A stretch of DNA of 56,821 nucleotides, from NCBI GenBank assembly GCA_021784765.1, contig JAJYHN010000203.1:1-56821 (forward strand). Reading direction: 5' to 3'. Made by a program: the position numbers and the translations under genes. Below are positions 9,773 through 17,960 of this stretch, piece by piece. The stretch comes from Actinomycetes bacterium (GTDB taxonomy: Bacteria > Actinomycetota > UBA4738). Under the pieces are notes generated by a model. That model saw nothing but the letters and a program-made list of their open reading frames with translations. It was not told the origin of the DNA and did no database searches. The first letter of the stretch is position 1. Every line of letters starts with the position of its first letter.

Positions 9773-9867
9773 ACGTCGGAGGGCGTCGTGTACGCTCGCC
9801 TCGGTGGGGCGCCGGCTGTGCCGCGGGGCGCGGCGCGCCCGCCGTGCGCCAGCAGGAGGTCGCCCTC

Positions 9868-11199
9868 ATGGGTTCGATCAAGCTCGTGACCGAGATCCCC
9901 GGCCCGCGGTCCGCCGAGATCCTCGCCCGCAAGCAGCGGGTCGTCGCCGACCCGCTCGACCTGCACGTCAACGCCGTCATCGACCACGGCGAGGGCGCGA
10001 GGGTCGTCGACGTCGACGGCAACACGTTCCTGGACTTCTCCGCTGGCCTGGGCTGCCAGATGGTCGGCTACTCGCACCCGAAGGTGGTCGAGGCCGTGCA
10101 GCGGCAGGCCGCGCGGTTCTCGCACACCGACTTCTCGGTGGTCCCCTACGAGCCCTACGTGGAGCTCGCCGAGCGGCTCGTCGCCGCGACCGGCGGCGGG
10201 GACCGCAAGGTCGCGCTGTTCAACTCCGGCGCCGAGGCGATCGAGAACGCGGTGAAGTTTGCGAAGGCCGCGACGGGCCGCCCGGCGGTGCTCGCGTTCG
10301 AGGGCGGGTTCCACGGACGGACGCTGCTCACGATGTCCCTGACGTCCCGGCACAAGCCGTACAAGACGGGGTTCGGGCCCTTCGCCGCCGAGGTCTACAG
10401 GCTGCCCTACTGCTACCCGTACCGGGGCGGCGGCCCGGAGCGGGCCACTCGCGAGGCGCTGGAGGCCATCGAGCGGGCCTTCGTCACGGTCGTCGACCCG
10501 AGGAGCGTGGCCTGCGCCGTGATCGAGCCGATCCAGGGCGAGGGTGGGTTCGTGGTGCCGACGCCGGAGTTCCTGCAGGGGGTGCAGGAGCTGCTGCATC
10601 GCCACGGCATCCTGATCGTCGCCGACGAGATCCAGTCCGGCGGCGGCCGAGCCGGGACGTTCCTCGCCTCCGAGCAGTTCGGCTTCGAGCCCGACCTCGT
10701 GACGATGGCGAAGGCGCTCGCGGCCGGCTACCCGCTGTCGGCGGTGATCGGTCGCAAGGAGGTCATGGACGCGCCGGGGCCGTCGGCGATCGGCGGCACC
10801 TACGTCGGCAACCCGGTCGCCTGCGCCGCGGCGAACGCCGTCCTGCAGGTGGTCGAGGAGGAGGGGTTGCTCGCCCGCGCCGAGGAGGTCGGCAAGGCCA
10901 TCCGGGCGCGGTGGGAGCAGATCGCGACCGAGGTGCCGGAGGTCGGCGAGGTCCGCGGCGTCGGCTCGATGATCGGGGTCGAGTTCGTGAAGGATCGAGG
11001 GACGAGGGAGCCCAACGAGGCGTTCCTCGGGGCGTTCATGCGCGAGACGCAGCGCCGCGGCGTGATCACGGTCTCGTGCGGCATGTACCACAACGTGCTG
11101 CGTCACCTGATCCCACTGGTGCTCACCGACGACGAGCTCGAGGAGGGGCTCGAGGCGCTCGCGGCCTCGGCGACCGCCGCGCACGCGTCCACGGCGTAG
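9868..11199 (+). CDS. gabT: Class III aminotransferase, 4-aminobutyrate aminotransferase-like
   Basis: ATG at 9868 is preceded by AGGAGG. Contains FNSGAEAIENAVKFA, ADEIQSG and TMAKAL (PLP Lys region). The upstream 560 aa of the track ORF is out-of-frame noise. Confidence 0.85.
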   Translation: MGSIKLVTEIPGPRSAEILARKQRVVADPLDLHVNAVIDHGEGARVVDVDGNTFLDFSAGLGCQMVGYSHPKVVEAVQRQAARFSHTDFSVVPYEPYVELAERLVAATGGGDRKVALFNSGAEAIENAVKFAKAATGRPAVLAFEGGFHGRTLLTMSLTSRHKPYKTGFGPFAAEVYRLPYCYPYRGGGPERATREALEAIERAFVTVVDPRSVACAVIEPIQGEGGFVVPTPEFLQGVQELLHRHGILIVADEIQSGGGRAGTFLASEQFGFEPDLVTMAKALAAGYPLSAVIGRKEVMDAPGPSAIGGTYVGNPVACAAANAVLQVVEEEGLLARAEEVGKAIRARWEQIATEVPEVGEVRGVGSMIGVEFVKDRGTREPNEAFLGAFMRETQRRGVITVSCGMYHNVLRHLIPLVLTDDELEEGLEALAASATAAHASTA

Positions 11200-11210
11200 C
11201 GAGTCGCCCC

Positions 11211-12146
11211 ATGCAGCGTCCCCGTCGCTCGTGCCTGTCGGTGCCGGCCTCCGCGCCGCGCATGATGGCGAAGGCGCCATCGCTTCCTGCCGACGAGGTG
11301 TTCCTCGACCTGGAGGATTCCGTGGCGCCCTCGCACAAGGAGGAGGCGCGCGCGCTGGCCGTCCAGGCCCTGCTGGAGGGTGACTGGACCGGCAAGCTCG
11401 TCGGCGTCCGCGTGAACGCGGTCTCGACGCGCTGGTGCCACCGCGACGTCATCGAGGTCGTCGGGGCCGCCGGCGGACGCCTGGACTTCCTGATGCTTCC
11501 GAAGGTCGAGCGACCCTCGGACGTCACGTTCGTCGCCGACCTGCTGCGCCAGGTCGAGGAGGAGGCCGGGCTGGACCGGAGGATCGGCATCGAGGCGCAG
11601 GTCGAGAGCGCCGCCGGCCTGGCGAACGCCGAGGCGGTCGCGGCCGCGTCCGACCGCCTGGAGACGCTGGTGCTCGGCCCGGCCGACATGGCGGCGTCGC
11701 TCGGCATGCCGGCCCTGACGGTGGGGCGCCCGATGCCCGGCTACCCGGGCGACCACGAGCACTACGTCCGCATGCGGATCCTCGTCGCGGCCCGGGCGGC
11801 TGGGCTCCAGGCGATCGATGGACCTCACCTCGTCATCGAGGACCTCGATGGGCTGCGCGCGATGGCCCTGCGCGCCCGCGCGCTCGGCTACGACGGCAAG
11901 TGGGCCGTGCACCCGTCCCAGGTCGAGGTGCTGAACGAGGTCTTCTCTCCCGCCCAGGACGAGTTCGACCGAGCCGAGTCGATCCTGGAGACCTACGGCC
12001 GCTCCCTGGCCGAGGGGCGGGGCGCCGCGCGGTTCGGCGACGAGATGATCGACGAGGCGAACCGCAAGATGGCCGAGCGGACCGCGGCCCGGGGCCGCGC
12101 CGCCGGGATGATCCGAACCTCGCCGGCCGCACCCGGCCTCGCCTAG
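11211..12146 (+). CDS. HpcH/HpaI aldolase / citrate lyase beta (CitE)-like lyase
   Basis: RRSCLSVPAS...FLDLEDSVAP and GYDGKWAVHPSQV motifs of CitE/malyl-CoA lyase-like enzymes. Confidence 0.85.
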   Translation: MQRPRRSCLSVPASAPRMMAKAPSLPADEVFLDLEDSVAPSHKEEARALAVQALLEGDWTGKLVGVRVNAVSTRWCHRDVIEVVGAAGGRLDFLMLPKVERPSDVTFVADLLRQVEEEAGLDRRIGIEAQVESAAGLANAEAVAAASDRLETLVLGPADMAASLGMPALTVGRPMPGYPGDHEHYVRMRILVAARAAGLQAIDGPHLVIEDLDGLRAMALRARALGYDGKWAVHPSQVEVLNEVFSPAQDEFDRAESILETYGRSLAEGRGAARFGDEMIDEANRKMAERTAARGRAAGMIRTSPAAPGLA

Positions 12147-12150
12147 GCAT

Positions 12151-13251
12151 CTACCGCGGGCCGACCTCGAAGGAGGCCTCGGCGACGGTGCGGCCGCCCT
12201 CGGCGCGGATCTCCAGCGATCCGCCGAAGGCCTCGCACAGCCGCGAGGCCATGAACAGTCCGAGGCCGAAGCCGCCCTTGGATCGCGTTCCGGACATGTC
12301 CCCCTGGTAGAAGGCGCCGTAGTGCTCGCCGGAGGCCTCCCAGCCGCCGGCATCGCGCACGACGAGGACGCCGCGGCCGTCCGTGAGGCGGGCCGACACC
12401 TCCACGGGGCGCCGCCCGTGGCGCAGGGCGTTCGAGAGGAGCTCGTAGGCCACGCGGTCGACGGCGCGCTGCGGCAGGTTGGGCCACGCCTGTGCCGGCA
12501 CGTCGGTCCCGTCGGGCGCCGCGCCGAGCCGCTCGGCCGCGTTGCGGACGGCGGCCGCCGGGTCGGCGACGCCGGCCAGCACCGGCACCGCCCCCAGGAG
12601 CTCCAGGCCCTCGACCAGGAACTCGAGCTCGGCCGTCCGGCGGGTCGCGCTCTCGAGCAGCGGCTCCTCCTCGGGCCGGACCCCGCTTCGCCGGAGCATG
12701 TGCAGCGCGCCGGAGATCACCGTGAGCGGGGTTCGCAGCTCGTGCGAGAGGACCTGGACGAACTCCTCCTTCGCGCGAGCCAGCCGCTCCGCCTCCTCGC
12801 GGCGGCCGGTCTCCTCCTCGAGCAGGCGGCGGAGGTCGTCCATCGCCGCGGGGAGGACGCGCTCGTCGAGCTCGGGCTCGCCACTGCGCGCGCGACGGAT
12901 GGCCCCGGCGAGCTCGTCGATCGTGCCGCCCTTCACCACGTAGCCGATCGCGCCGGCCGCCAGCATGTCCCGGACCGTCCCGGGATCGTCCGACCAGGTC
13001 AGCGCGACGACCTTCGTGCGCGGGTACTCGGCCACGATCCGCCGGGCCGCGGCGACCCCGTCACCCTCGGGCATGCGGACGTCCATCAGGACCACATCGG
13101 GGTGCAGGGTCAGGGCCTGCTCGACGGCCTCGCGCCCGCCGTTCGCCTCGCCGACGACCTCGATGTCGCCGTCGAGCGCCAGCGCCTCGCGCAGCATCGC
13201 GCGCGTGGTAGGCGAGTCGTCGACGACGAGCACCCGCACCCGTTCGCCCAT
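12151..13251 (-). CDS. Hybrid receiver-histidine kinase (REC-HisKA-HATPase)
   Basis: N-terminal VLVVDDSP...VLMDVRMPEGDG receiver, a coiled linker, an H-box SHELRTPL, then an ATPase domain (GGFGLGL). Confidence 0.85.
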   Translation of the reverse strand: MGERVRVLVVDDSPTTRAMLREALALDGDIEVVGEANGGREAVEQALTLHPDVVLMDVRMPEGDGVAAARRIVAEYPRTKVVALTWSDDPGTVRDMLAAGAIGYVVKGGTIDELAGAIRRARSGEPELDERVLPAAMDDLRRLLEEETGRREEAERLARAKEEFVQVLSHELRTPLTVISGALHMLRRSGVRPEEEPLLESATRRTAELEFLVEGLELLGAVPVLAGVADPAAAVRNAAERLGAAPDGTDVPAQAWPNLPQRAVDRVAYELLSNALRHGRRPVEVSARLTDGRGVLVVRDAGGWEASGEHYGAFYQGDMSGTRSKGGFGLGLFMASRLCEAFGGSLEIRAEGGRTVAEASFEVGPR

Positions 13252-13346
13252 GTGCCCACAGCGTAGCGCCTCGGGCGGGCGGGGGCCGCCAAATCTCCTG
13301 GTCGGGACCCGCGCGAAACGATTGATCCGGACGACCTCGGCCGTCC

Positions 13347-14066
13347 GTGGGCAGCCTGACGTCGCCGTATGATCGCCGGGTGGCCGACCCCCGAGCCCTG
13401 CGCGCGCTCCACGAGGAGGTCGAGGCCTGCCGGCGCTGCCCCCGGCTGGTCGCCTGGCGCGAGCGCGCGGCCCGCGAGCGGCGAGCGGCGTTCCGCGACG
13501 AGGAGTACTGGGGCCGGCCGGTGGCGGGCTTCGGGGACCCCGCTGCCCGGGTCGTGGTGGTGGGCCTCGCGCCGGCCGCGCACGGGGGAAACCGGACCGG
13601 ACGGATCTTCACCGGCGACCGCTCGGGCGACTTCCTGTTCGCCGCGCTGCACCGGGCCGGACTGGCGAACCGCGCCGAGTCGGTGCGGCGGGGGGACGGC
13701 CTCGCGCTGCGCGGCGCCTATGTGACGGCGGCCGTCCGGTGCGCGCCACCGGCGAACCGCCCGACGCCGCAGGAGCGCGAGGCGTGCCTGCCGTTCTTCG
13801 TCCGCGAGCTCGCGCTGCTCGACCGCGCGCGGGTCCTGGTTCCGCTCGGCGCCTTCGCGTGGGAGGCGACCCTGCGGGCGCTGGCGGCGGCCGGCCACAC
13901 GGTCCCGCGCCCGCGCCCGAGGTTCGGCCATGGAGCCGAGGCGCGGGTCGGCCCGTACGCGCTGGTCGGCTCGTTTCACCCGAGCCAGCAGAACACATTC
14001 ACCGGCCGGCTCACCCCCTCGATGCTGGACGCGGCCCTTCGCCGCGCCGTGGACCTGGCTGGGTGA
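13347..14066 (+). CDS. Uracil-DNA glycosylase superfamily, family 5 (UdgB)-like
   Basis: CRRCPRL and VVVGLAPAAHGGNRTGRIFTGD (the GLAPA-type motif instead of GEAPG), plus a C-terminal HPS motif. Confidence 0.8.
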   Translation: MGSLTSPYDRRVADPRALRALHEEVEACRRCPRLVAWRERAARERRAAFRDEEYWGRPVAGFGDPAARVVVVGLAPAAHGGNRTGRIFTGDRSGDFLFAALHRAGLANRAESVRRGDGLALRGAYVTAAVRCAPPANRPTPQEREACLPFFVRELALLDRARVLVPLGAFAWEATLRALAAAGHTVPRPRPRFGHGAEARVGPYALVGSFHPSQQNTFTGRLTPSMLDAALRRAVDLAG

Positions 14067-14105
14067 GCGTTCGCCGCCGCGGCCATAGGCGCCGACCCTC
14101 CGTGG

Positions 14106-14780
14106 ATGGAGGCTGACACGATCGTGCCCCCGACCGCCGATTCCGCCGATGCCGCCGATGCCGCGCCCCCCTCGCCGCGGACCCGCGTGCGCCGCCATCC
14201 CGAGCGCGGCGTCTACGACCGCGCCGCCATCGAGGCCATCCTGGACGAGGCGGCGATCTGCCATGTCGGGTTCGTCCACGACGGCGCCCCGGTGGTGATC
14301 CCGACGATCCACGCGCGGATCGGCGACGCGCTGTACCTGCACGGGTCGGCCGCGAGCCGCATGATGCGGACGCTCGCCGCCGGCGCCGAGGTCTGCGTGA
14401 CGGCGACGATCCTCGACGGGTTGGTGCTGGCCCGGTCGGTCGCGAACCACTCGATGAACTACCGCTCGGTCGTCGTGCTTGGACGCGCGCGCCCGGTCGA
14501 GGGCCGGGAGGAGAAGCTCGCCGCCCTGCGCGCGGTCGTCGAGCACGTCGACCCCGGGCGCTGGGGCGTCGCGCGGCACCCGAACGAGCAGGAGCTCCAC
14601 GAGACGCTGGTCGCCGCCGTCTCCCTGGGCGAGGCCTCGGCCAAGGTCCGGACGGGCCCGCCGAAGGACGATCCGGACGACCTGGCGCTGCCCGTGTGGG
14701 CCGGCGTCGTCCCGCTGCGGATGGCCCGCGGGGAGCCGGTCCCCGACGAGCCGCGCGGGCAGGGCCCCGGCGGGCCGTAG
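14106..14780 (+). CDS. Pyridoxamine 5'-phosphate oxidase-family (FMN split-barrel) protein
   Basis: RRHPERGVYDRAAIEAILDEAAICHVGF...PTIHARIGDALYLHGS matches the typical family N-terminus. Confidence 0.8.
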   Translation: MEADTIVPPTADSADAADAAPPSPRTRVRRHPERGVYDRAAIEAILDEAAICHVGFVHDGAPVVIPTIHARIGDALYLHGSAASRMMRTLAAGAEVCVTATILDGLVLARSVANHSMNYRSVVVLGRARPVEGREEKLAALRAVVEHVDPGRWGVARHPNEQELHETLVAAVSLGEASAKVRTGPPKDDPDDLALPVWAGVVPLRMARGEPVPDEPRGQGPGGP

Positions 14781-14846
14781 CAGCGCGACGCGCGGGGCGG
14801 GTGGCGGGGGAGCATCGCGCCGGGCCCCCCCGGCTATCCTGGCCAC

Positions 14847-16883
14847 ATGGCGAGAAGGGGCGGCGGACACCGGTTCATGGTCGCGGTCCCCGACGGCCCG
14901 GTCGGTCCGGTGAAGCGGGCGACCGTGCGACGGGTGGCGGCGGCGTTCGCCCCCTACCGCAGCAAGGTCACGCTCGTCGGGCTGATCATCGTCGTGACCT
15001 CGACGCTCGGCGTGGTGAACCCGCTCCTGATCGCCGTGGTCTTCGACAAGGCCCTGTTCCCGAAGACCGCCGGGCCGCACCCGCGGATCCTGCCGCCCGA
15101 CATCCACCTGCTCCTGATCTTCGTGGGGCTCATGGTGCTGATCCCGGTCGTGAGCTCGAGCCTCGGCGTCGGCCAGACCTACCTCGCGAACGTGCTCGGC
15201 CAGCGGGTCATGCAGGACTTCCGCAATGGCCTGTACGAGCACCTGCAGGGGATGTCGCTGCGGTTCTTCACCTCCACCCGCACCGGCGAGATCCAGTCGC
15301 GCCTCTCGAACGACGTCGGCGGCGTGCAGGAGGTGGTCACCGACACCGCCTCGAGCATCCTGTCGAACGTCGTCATCGTCGTGTCGACGGTCGCTGCGAT
15401 GCTGCTGCTCTCCTGGCAGCTCACGCTGCTCTCGCTCGGCCTGCTGCCGTTCTTCCTGTGGTTCACCTACCGCGTGGGCAAGGTCCGCCAGCAGGTGGCG
15501 AGGCACACCCAGGAGTCGATGGCCGAGCTGACCGCGATCACCCAGGAGACGCTGTCGGTCTCGGGCGTGCTGCTCTCGAAGGCCTTCGGCCGCCAGCGCG
15601 ACGAGACCCGCAGGTTCCGGACGGAGAACCAGCGCCTGGCCGACCTCGAGATCCGCCAGCAGATGGTCGGCCGCTACTTCTTCGCGGTGATCAACATCTT
15701 CTTCTCGATCACCCCAGCGCTGGTGTACCTGGTCGCCGGCTACGTGATCCGCGGGCAGTGGCCGAACCCGATCATCCAGGCCGGCACGATCGTCGCCTTC
15801 ACCACGCTGCAGAGCCGCCTGTTCTTCCCGATCGGGCAGATGCTGCAGGTGCAGGTCCAGGTGCAGGCGTCGATGGCGCTGTTCGACCGGATCTTCGAGT
15901 ACCTGGACCTGCCCCACGACGTCGTCGACGCGCCGTCGGCCGTCACGCTGCCGAGGGACCGCGTGCAGGGCCGCATCCGGCTGCGCGACGTGTCGTTCCG
16001 CTACGACAGGGTCGCGGTCGGCGTCGGCGGCGACGGGGAGCCGGCCGAGAGGGGGGCCCCGGCGCCCGAGGCGGAGGATCTCGTGTCCGGCCCCTCCCTC
16101 GACGGGGACGCCGGGCCCGCACGCCGCGAGTGGGCGCTCCGGCACGTGGACCTCGAGATCGAGCCCGGACAGCTCGCGGCGCTGGTCGGGCCGTCGGGAG
16201 CCGGCAAGACCACCATCACCTACCTGGTGCCCCGCCTGTACGACGTCGACGAGGGTGCCGTGGAGATCGACGGGCAGGACGTGCGGCGCCTGACGCTCGC
16301 GTCGCTCGCCGAGGCGATCGGGACCGTGACGCAGGAGACGTACCTGTTCCACGCCTCGATCCGGGACAACCTGCTCTACGGCAACCCGCACGCGACGCAG
16401 GAGGAGATCGAGGCGGCCGCGCGCGCCGCCTTCATCCACGACCGGATCGCTGAGATGCCCGACCGCTACGACACGATCGTCGGCGAGCGCGGCTATCGCC
16501 TGTCGGGCGGCGAGAAGCAGCGGCTGGCCATCGCGCGCGTGATCCTGAAGGACCCCCGCATCCTGATCCTGGACGAGGCGACCTCGTCGCTGGACACGAC
16601 CAGCGAGCGGCTGGTGCAGGAGGCGCTGGCCCCGCTGATGCGCGGCCGCACGACGCTCGCGATCGCCCACCGTCTCTCCACGATCCTTTCGGCCGACGTG
16701 ATCTTCGTCGTGGATCGCGGCCGGATCCTCGAGCGCGGCACCCACGAGGAGTTGCTGCGCGCGGGCGGGATCTACGCGGAGCTGTACGAGCAGCAGTTCC
16801 GCGGCGGCACCGTCGAGGCCGAGTGCGAGGATGGGGTGCTGCTGTCCTCGGGCGAGGTCGTCGCTCAGAGGACGAGCCGGTAG
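14847..16883 (+). CDS. ABC exporter, fused permease/ATPase (MsbA-like)
   Basis: Six-TMS domain followed by Walker A GPSGAGKTT, signature LSGGEKQR and Walker B ILILDEATS. Confidence 0.9.
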   Translation: MARRGGGHRFMVAVPDGPVGPVKRATVRRVAAAFAPYRSKVTLVGLIIVVTSTLGVVNPLLIAVVFDKALFPKTAGPHPRILPPDIHLLLIFVGLMVLIPVVSSSLGVGQTYLANVLGQRVMQDFRNGLYEHLQGMSLRFFTSTRTGEIQSRLSNDVGGVQEVVTDTASSILSNVVIVVSTVAAMLLLSWQLTLLSLGLLPFFLWFTYRVGKVRQQVARHTQESMAELTAITQETLSVSGVLLSKAFGRQRDETRRFRTENQRLADLEIRQQMVGRYFFAVINIFFSITPALVYLVAGYVIRGQWPNPIIQAGTIVAFTTLQSRLFFPIGQMLQVQVQVQASMALFDRIFEYLDLPHDVVDAPSAVTLPRDRVQGRIRLRDVSFRYDRVAVGVGGDGEPAERGAPAPEAEDLVSGPSLDGDAGPARREWALRHVDLEIEPGQLAALVGPSGAGKTTITYLVPRLYDVDEGAVEIDGQDVRRLTLASLAEAIGTVTQETYLFHASIRDNLLYGNPHATQEEIEAAARAAFIHDRIAEMPDRYDTIVGERGYRLSGGEKQRLAIARVILKDPRILILDEATSSLDTTSERLVQEALAPLMRGRTTLAIAHRLSTILSADVIFVVDRGRILERGTHEELLRAGGIYAELYEQQFRGGTVEAECEDGVLLSSGEVVAQRTSR

Positions 16884-17362
16884 GCGAGCAGCAGCACGCC
16901 CTCCTCCGGCAGGTCCCAGTCCCGATCGGGGTCGCGCTCGAACCCCATCGAGCGGTAGAGGGACCGTGCCGCCCGCATGGGGCGGGTGGTGTGCAGCAGC
17001 AGCGCCCGCTTGCCGCGGGAACGTGCCAGGTCGGCGCAGGCCTCCATCAGGGCGCGCCCGATGCCCCGGCCACGGGCCTCCGGCAGCACGCCGAGCATCC
17101 GCACGTTGGCGGCGTCCGCCGGGAACTCGGGGTCGTCACCGATCCGCTGCTCGTCGAGCTCGAGGGTCACGCACCCGAGCACCTGCCCGTCCCCGACGGC
17201 GACGAGGACCGGCACCCGTCCTGCCCGGCCCGCGACGTCGGCGACGACGGGCAGGTACCCGCCCCACGCCGGGTTGGAGGGCTCCGCGAACTCAAGGTAG
17301 GCGCGCCGAACGACCTCTCCGGCCTCGGCGCACTCGTCGGGAAGGACCTCCCGGATCTCCAT
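16865..17362 (-). CDS. GNAT-family N-acetyltransferase
   Basis: LPEARGRGIGRALM acetyl-CoA binding motif. 165 aa. Confidence 0.85.
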   Translation of the reverse strand: MEIREVLPDECAEAGEVVRRAYLEFAEPSNPAWGGYLPVVADVAGRAGRVPVLVAVGDGQVLGCVTLELDEQRIGDDPEFPADAANVRMLGVLPEARGRGIGRALMEACADLARSRGKRALLLHTTRPMRAARSLYRSMGFERDPDRDWDLPEEGVLLLAYRLVL

Positions 17363-17855
17363 GGTCCGAGCCTACCGGCTCGGCCTCGTCAGGTTCCTTG
17401 ACGAATCCCGCGGCCCGTCGCACGATGCAGCCGTGGCTGATCCGGGGCTCGCCCGACTGTTGCTCGACGCGTACCGGACCGTCGACGCCGAGGTCGCCGC
17501 CGCCCTGGAGGACCGCGGCGTCCCCGGCCTGACGGCCGGGCACGCCGCGGCGCTGCTGCAGGTCGACCGGTCCGGAACGCGTCTCACCGAGCTCGCCCGC
17601 CGGGCCGGGATCACCAAGCAGGCCATGATGCAGGCCGTCGACGACCTGCAGTCCCGGGGCCTCGTTCGCCGGGTGCCGGATCCGGCCGATGCACGCGCCA
17701 AGATCGTCCGGCTGACGGCGCGGGGCCTTCGGGCGCGCGCCGAGGCGCGGCGCGCGGTGAGCGGCGTGGAGGCGCGCGTCCGCCGCAGGCTCGGCGAGCG
17801 GAGGCACGAGGCGCTGCGCGCGACCCTGGAGGACCTGGTCGCCGACGAGGAGTAG
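17361..17855 (+). CDS. MarR-family transcriptional regulator (start may be GTG 17433)
   Basis: TRLTELARRAGITKQAMMQAVDDLQSRGLVRRVPDPADARAKIVRLT. The ATG at 17361 overlaps the divergent GNAT start (CCATGG). Confidence 0.8.
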   Translation: MVRAYRLGLVRFLDESRGPSHDAAVADPGLARLLLDAYRTVDAEVAAALEDRGVPGLTAGHAAALLQVDRSGTRLTELARRAGITKQAMMQAVDDLQSRGLVRRVPDPADARAKIVRLTARGLRARAEARRAVSGVEARVRRRLGERRHEALRATLEDLVADEE

Positions 17856-17960
17856 GGGTCTGCCTCCCAAACCGCGCCAGCCGGACTACCCTCGGAGGTG
17901 CGTTGGTCGATCACGGCGAGGATTCACGCTCGACTGGATGACGAGAGCGGGGTGGGTGAC

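Noticed and set aside
13110-16745. 1211-aa minus-strand ORF spanning the UDG, PNPOx and ABC exporter genes
   Set aside because: It is Arg/Gly/Asp/Pro-rich with no recognisable motifs and lies antisense to several strongly supported genes. This is a typical high-GC stop-codon-poor artefact. The same applies to 5025-7865(-), 26000-29467(-), 7478-9742(-), 3296-4684(-), 17886-20411(-) and 46769-47848(-).
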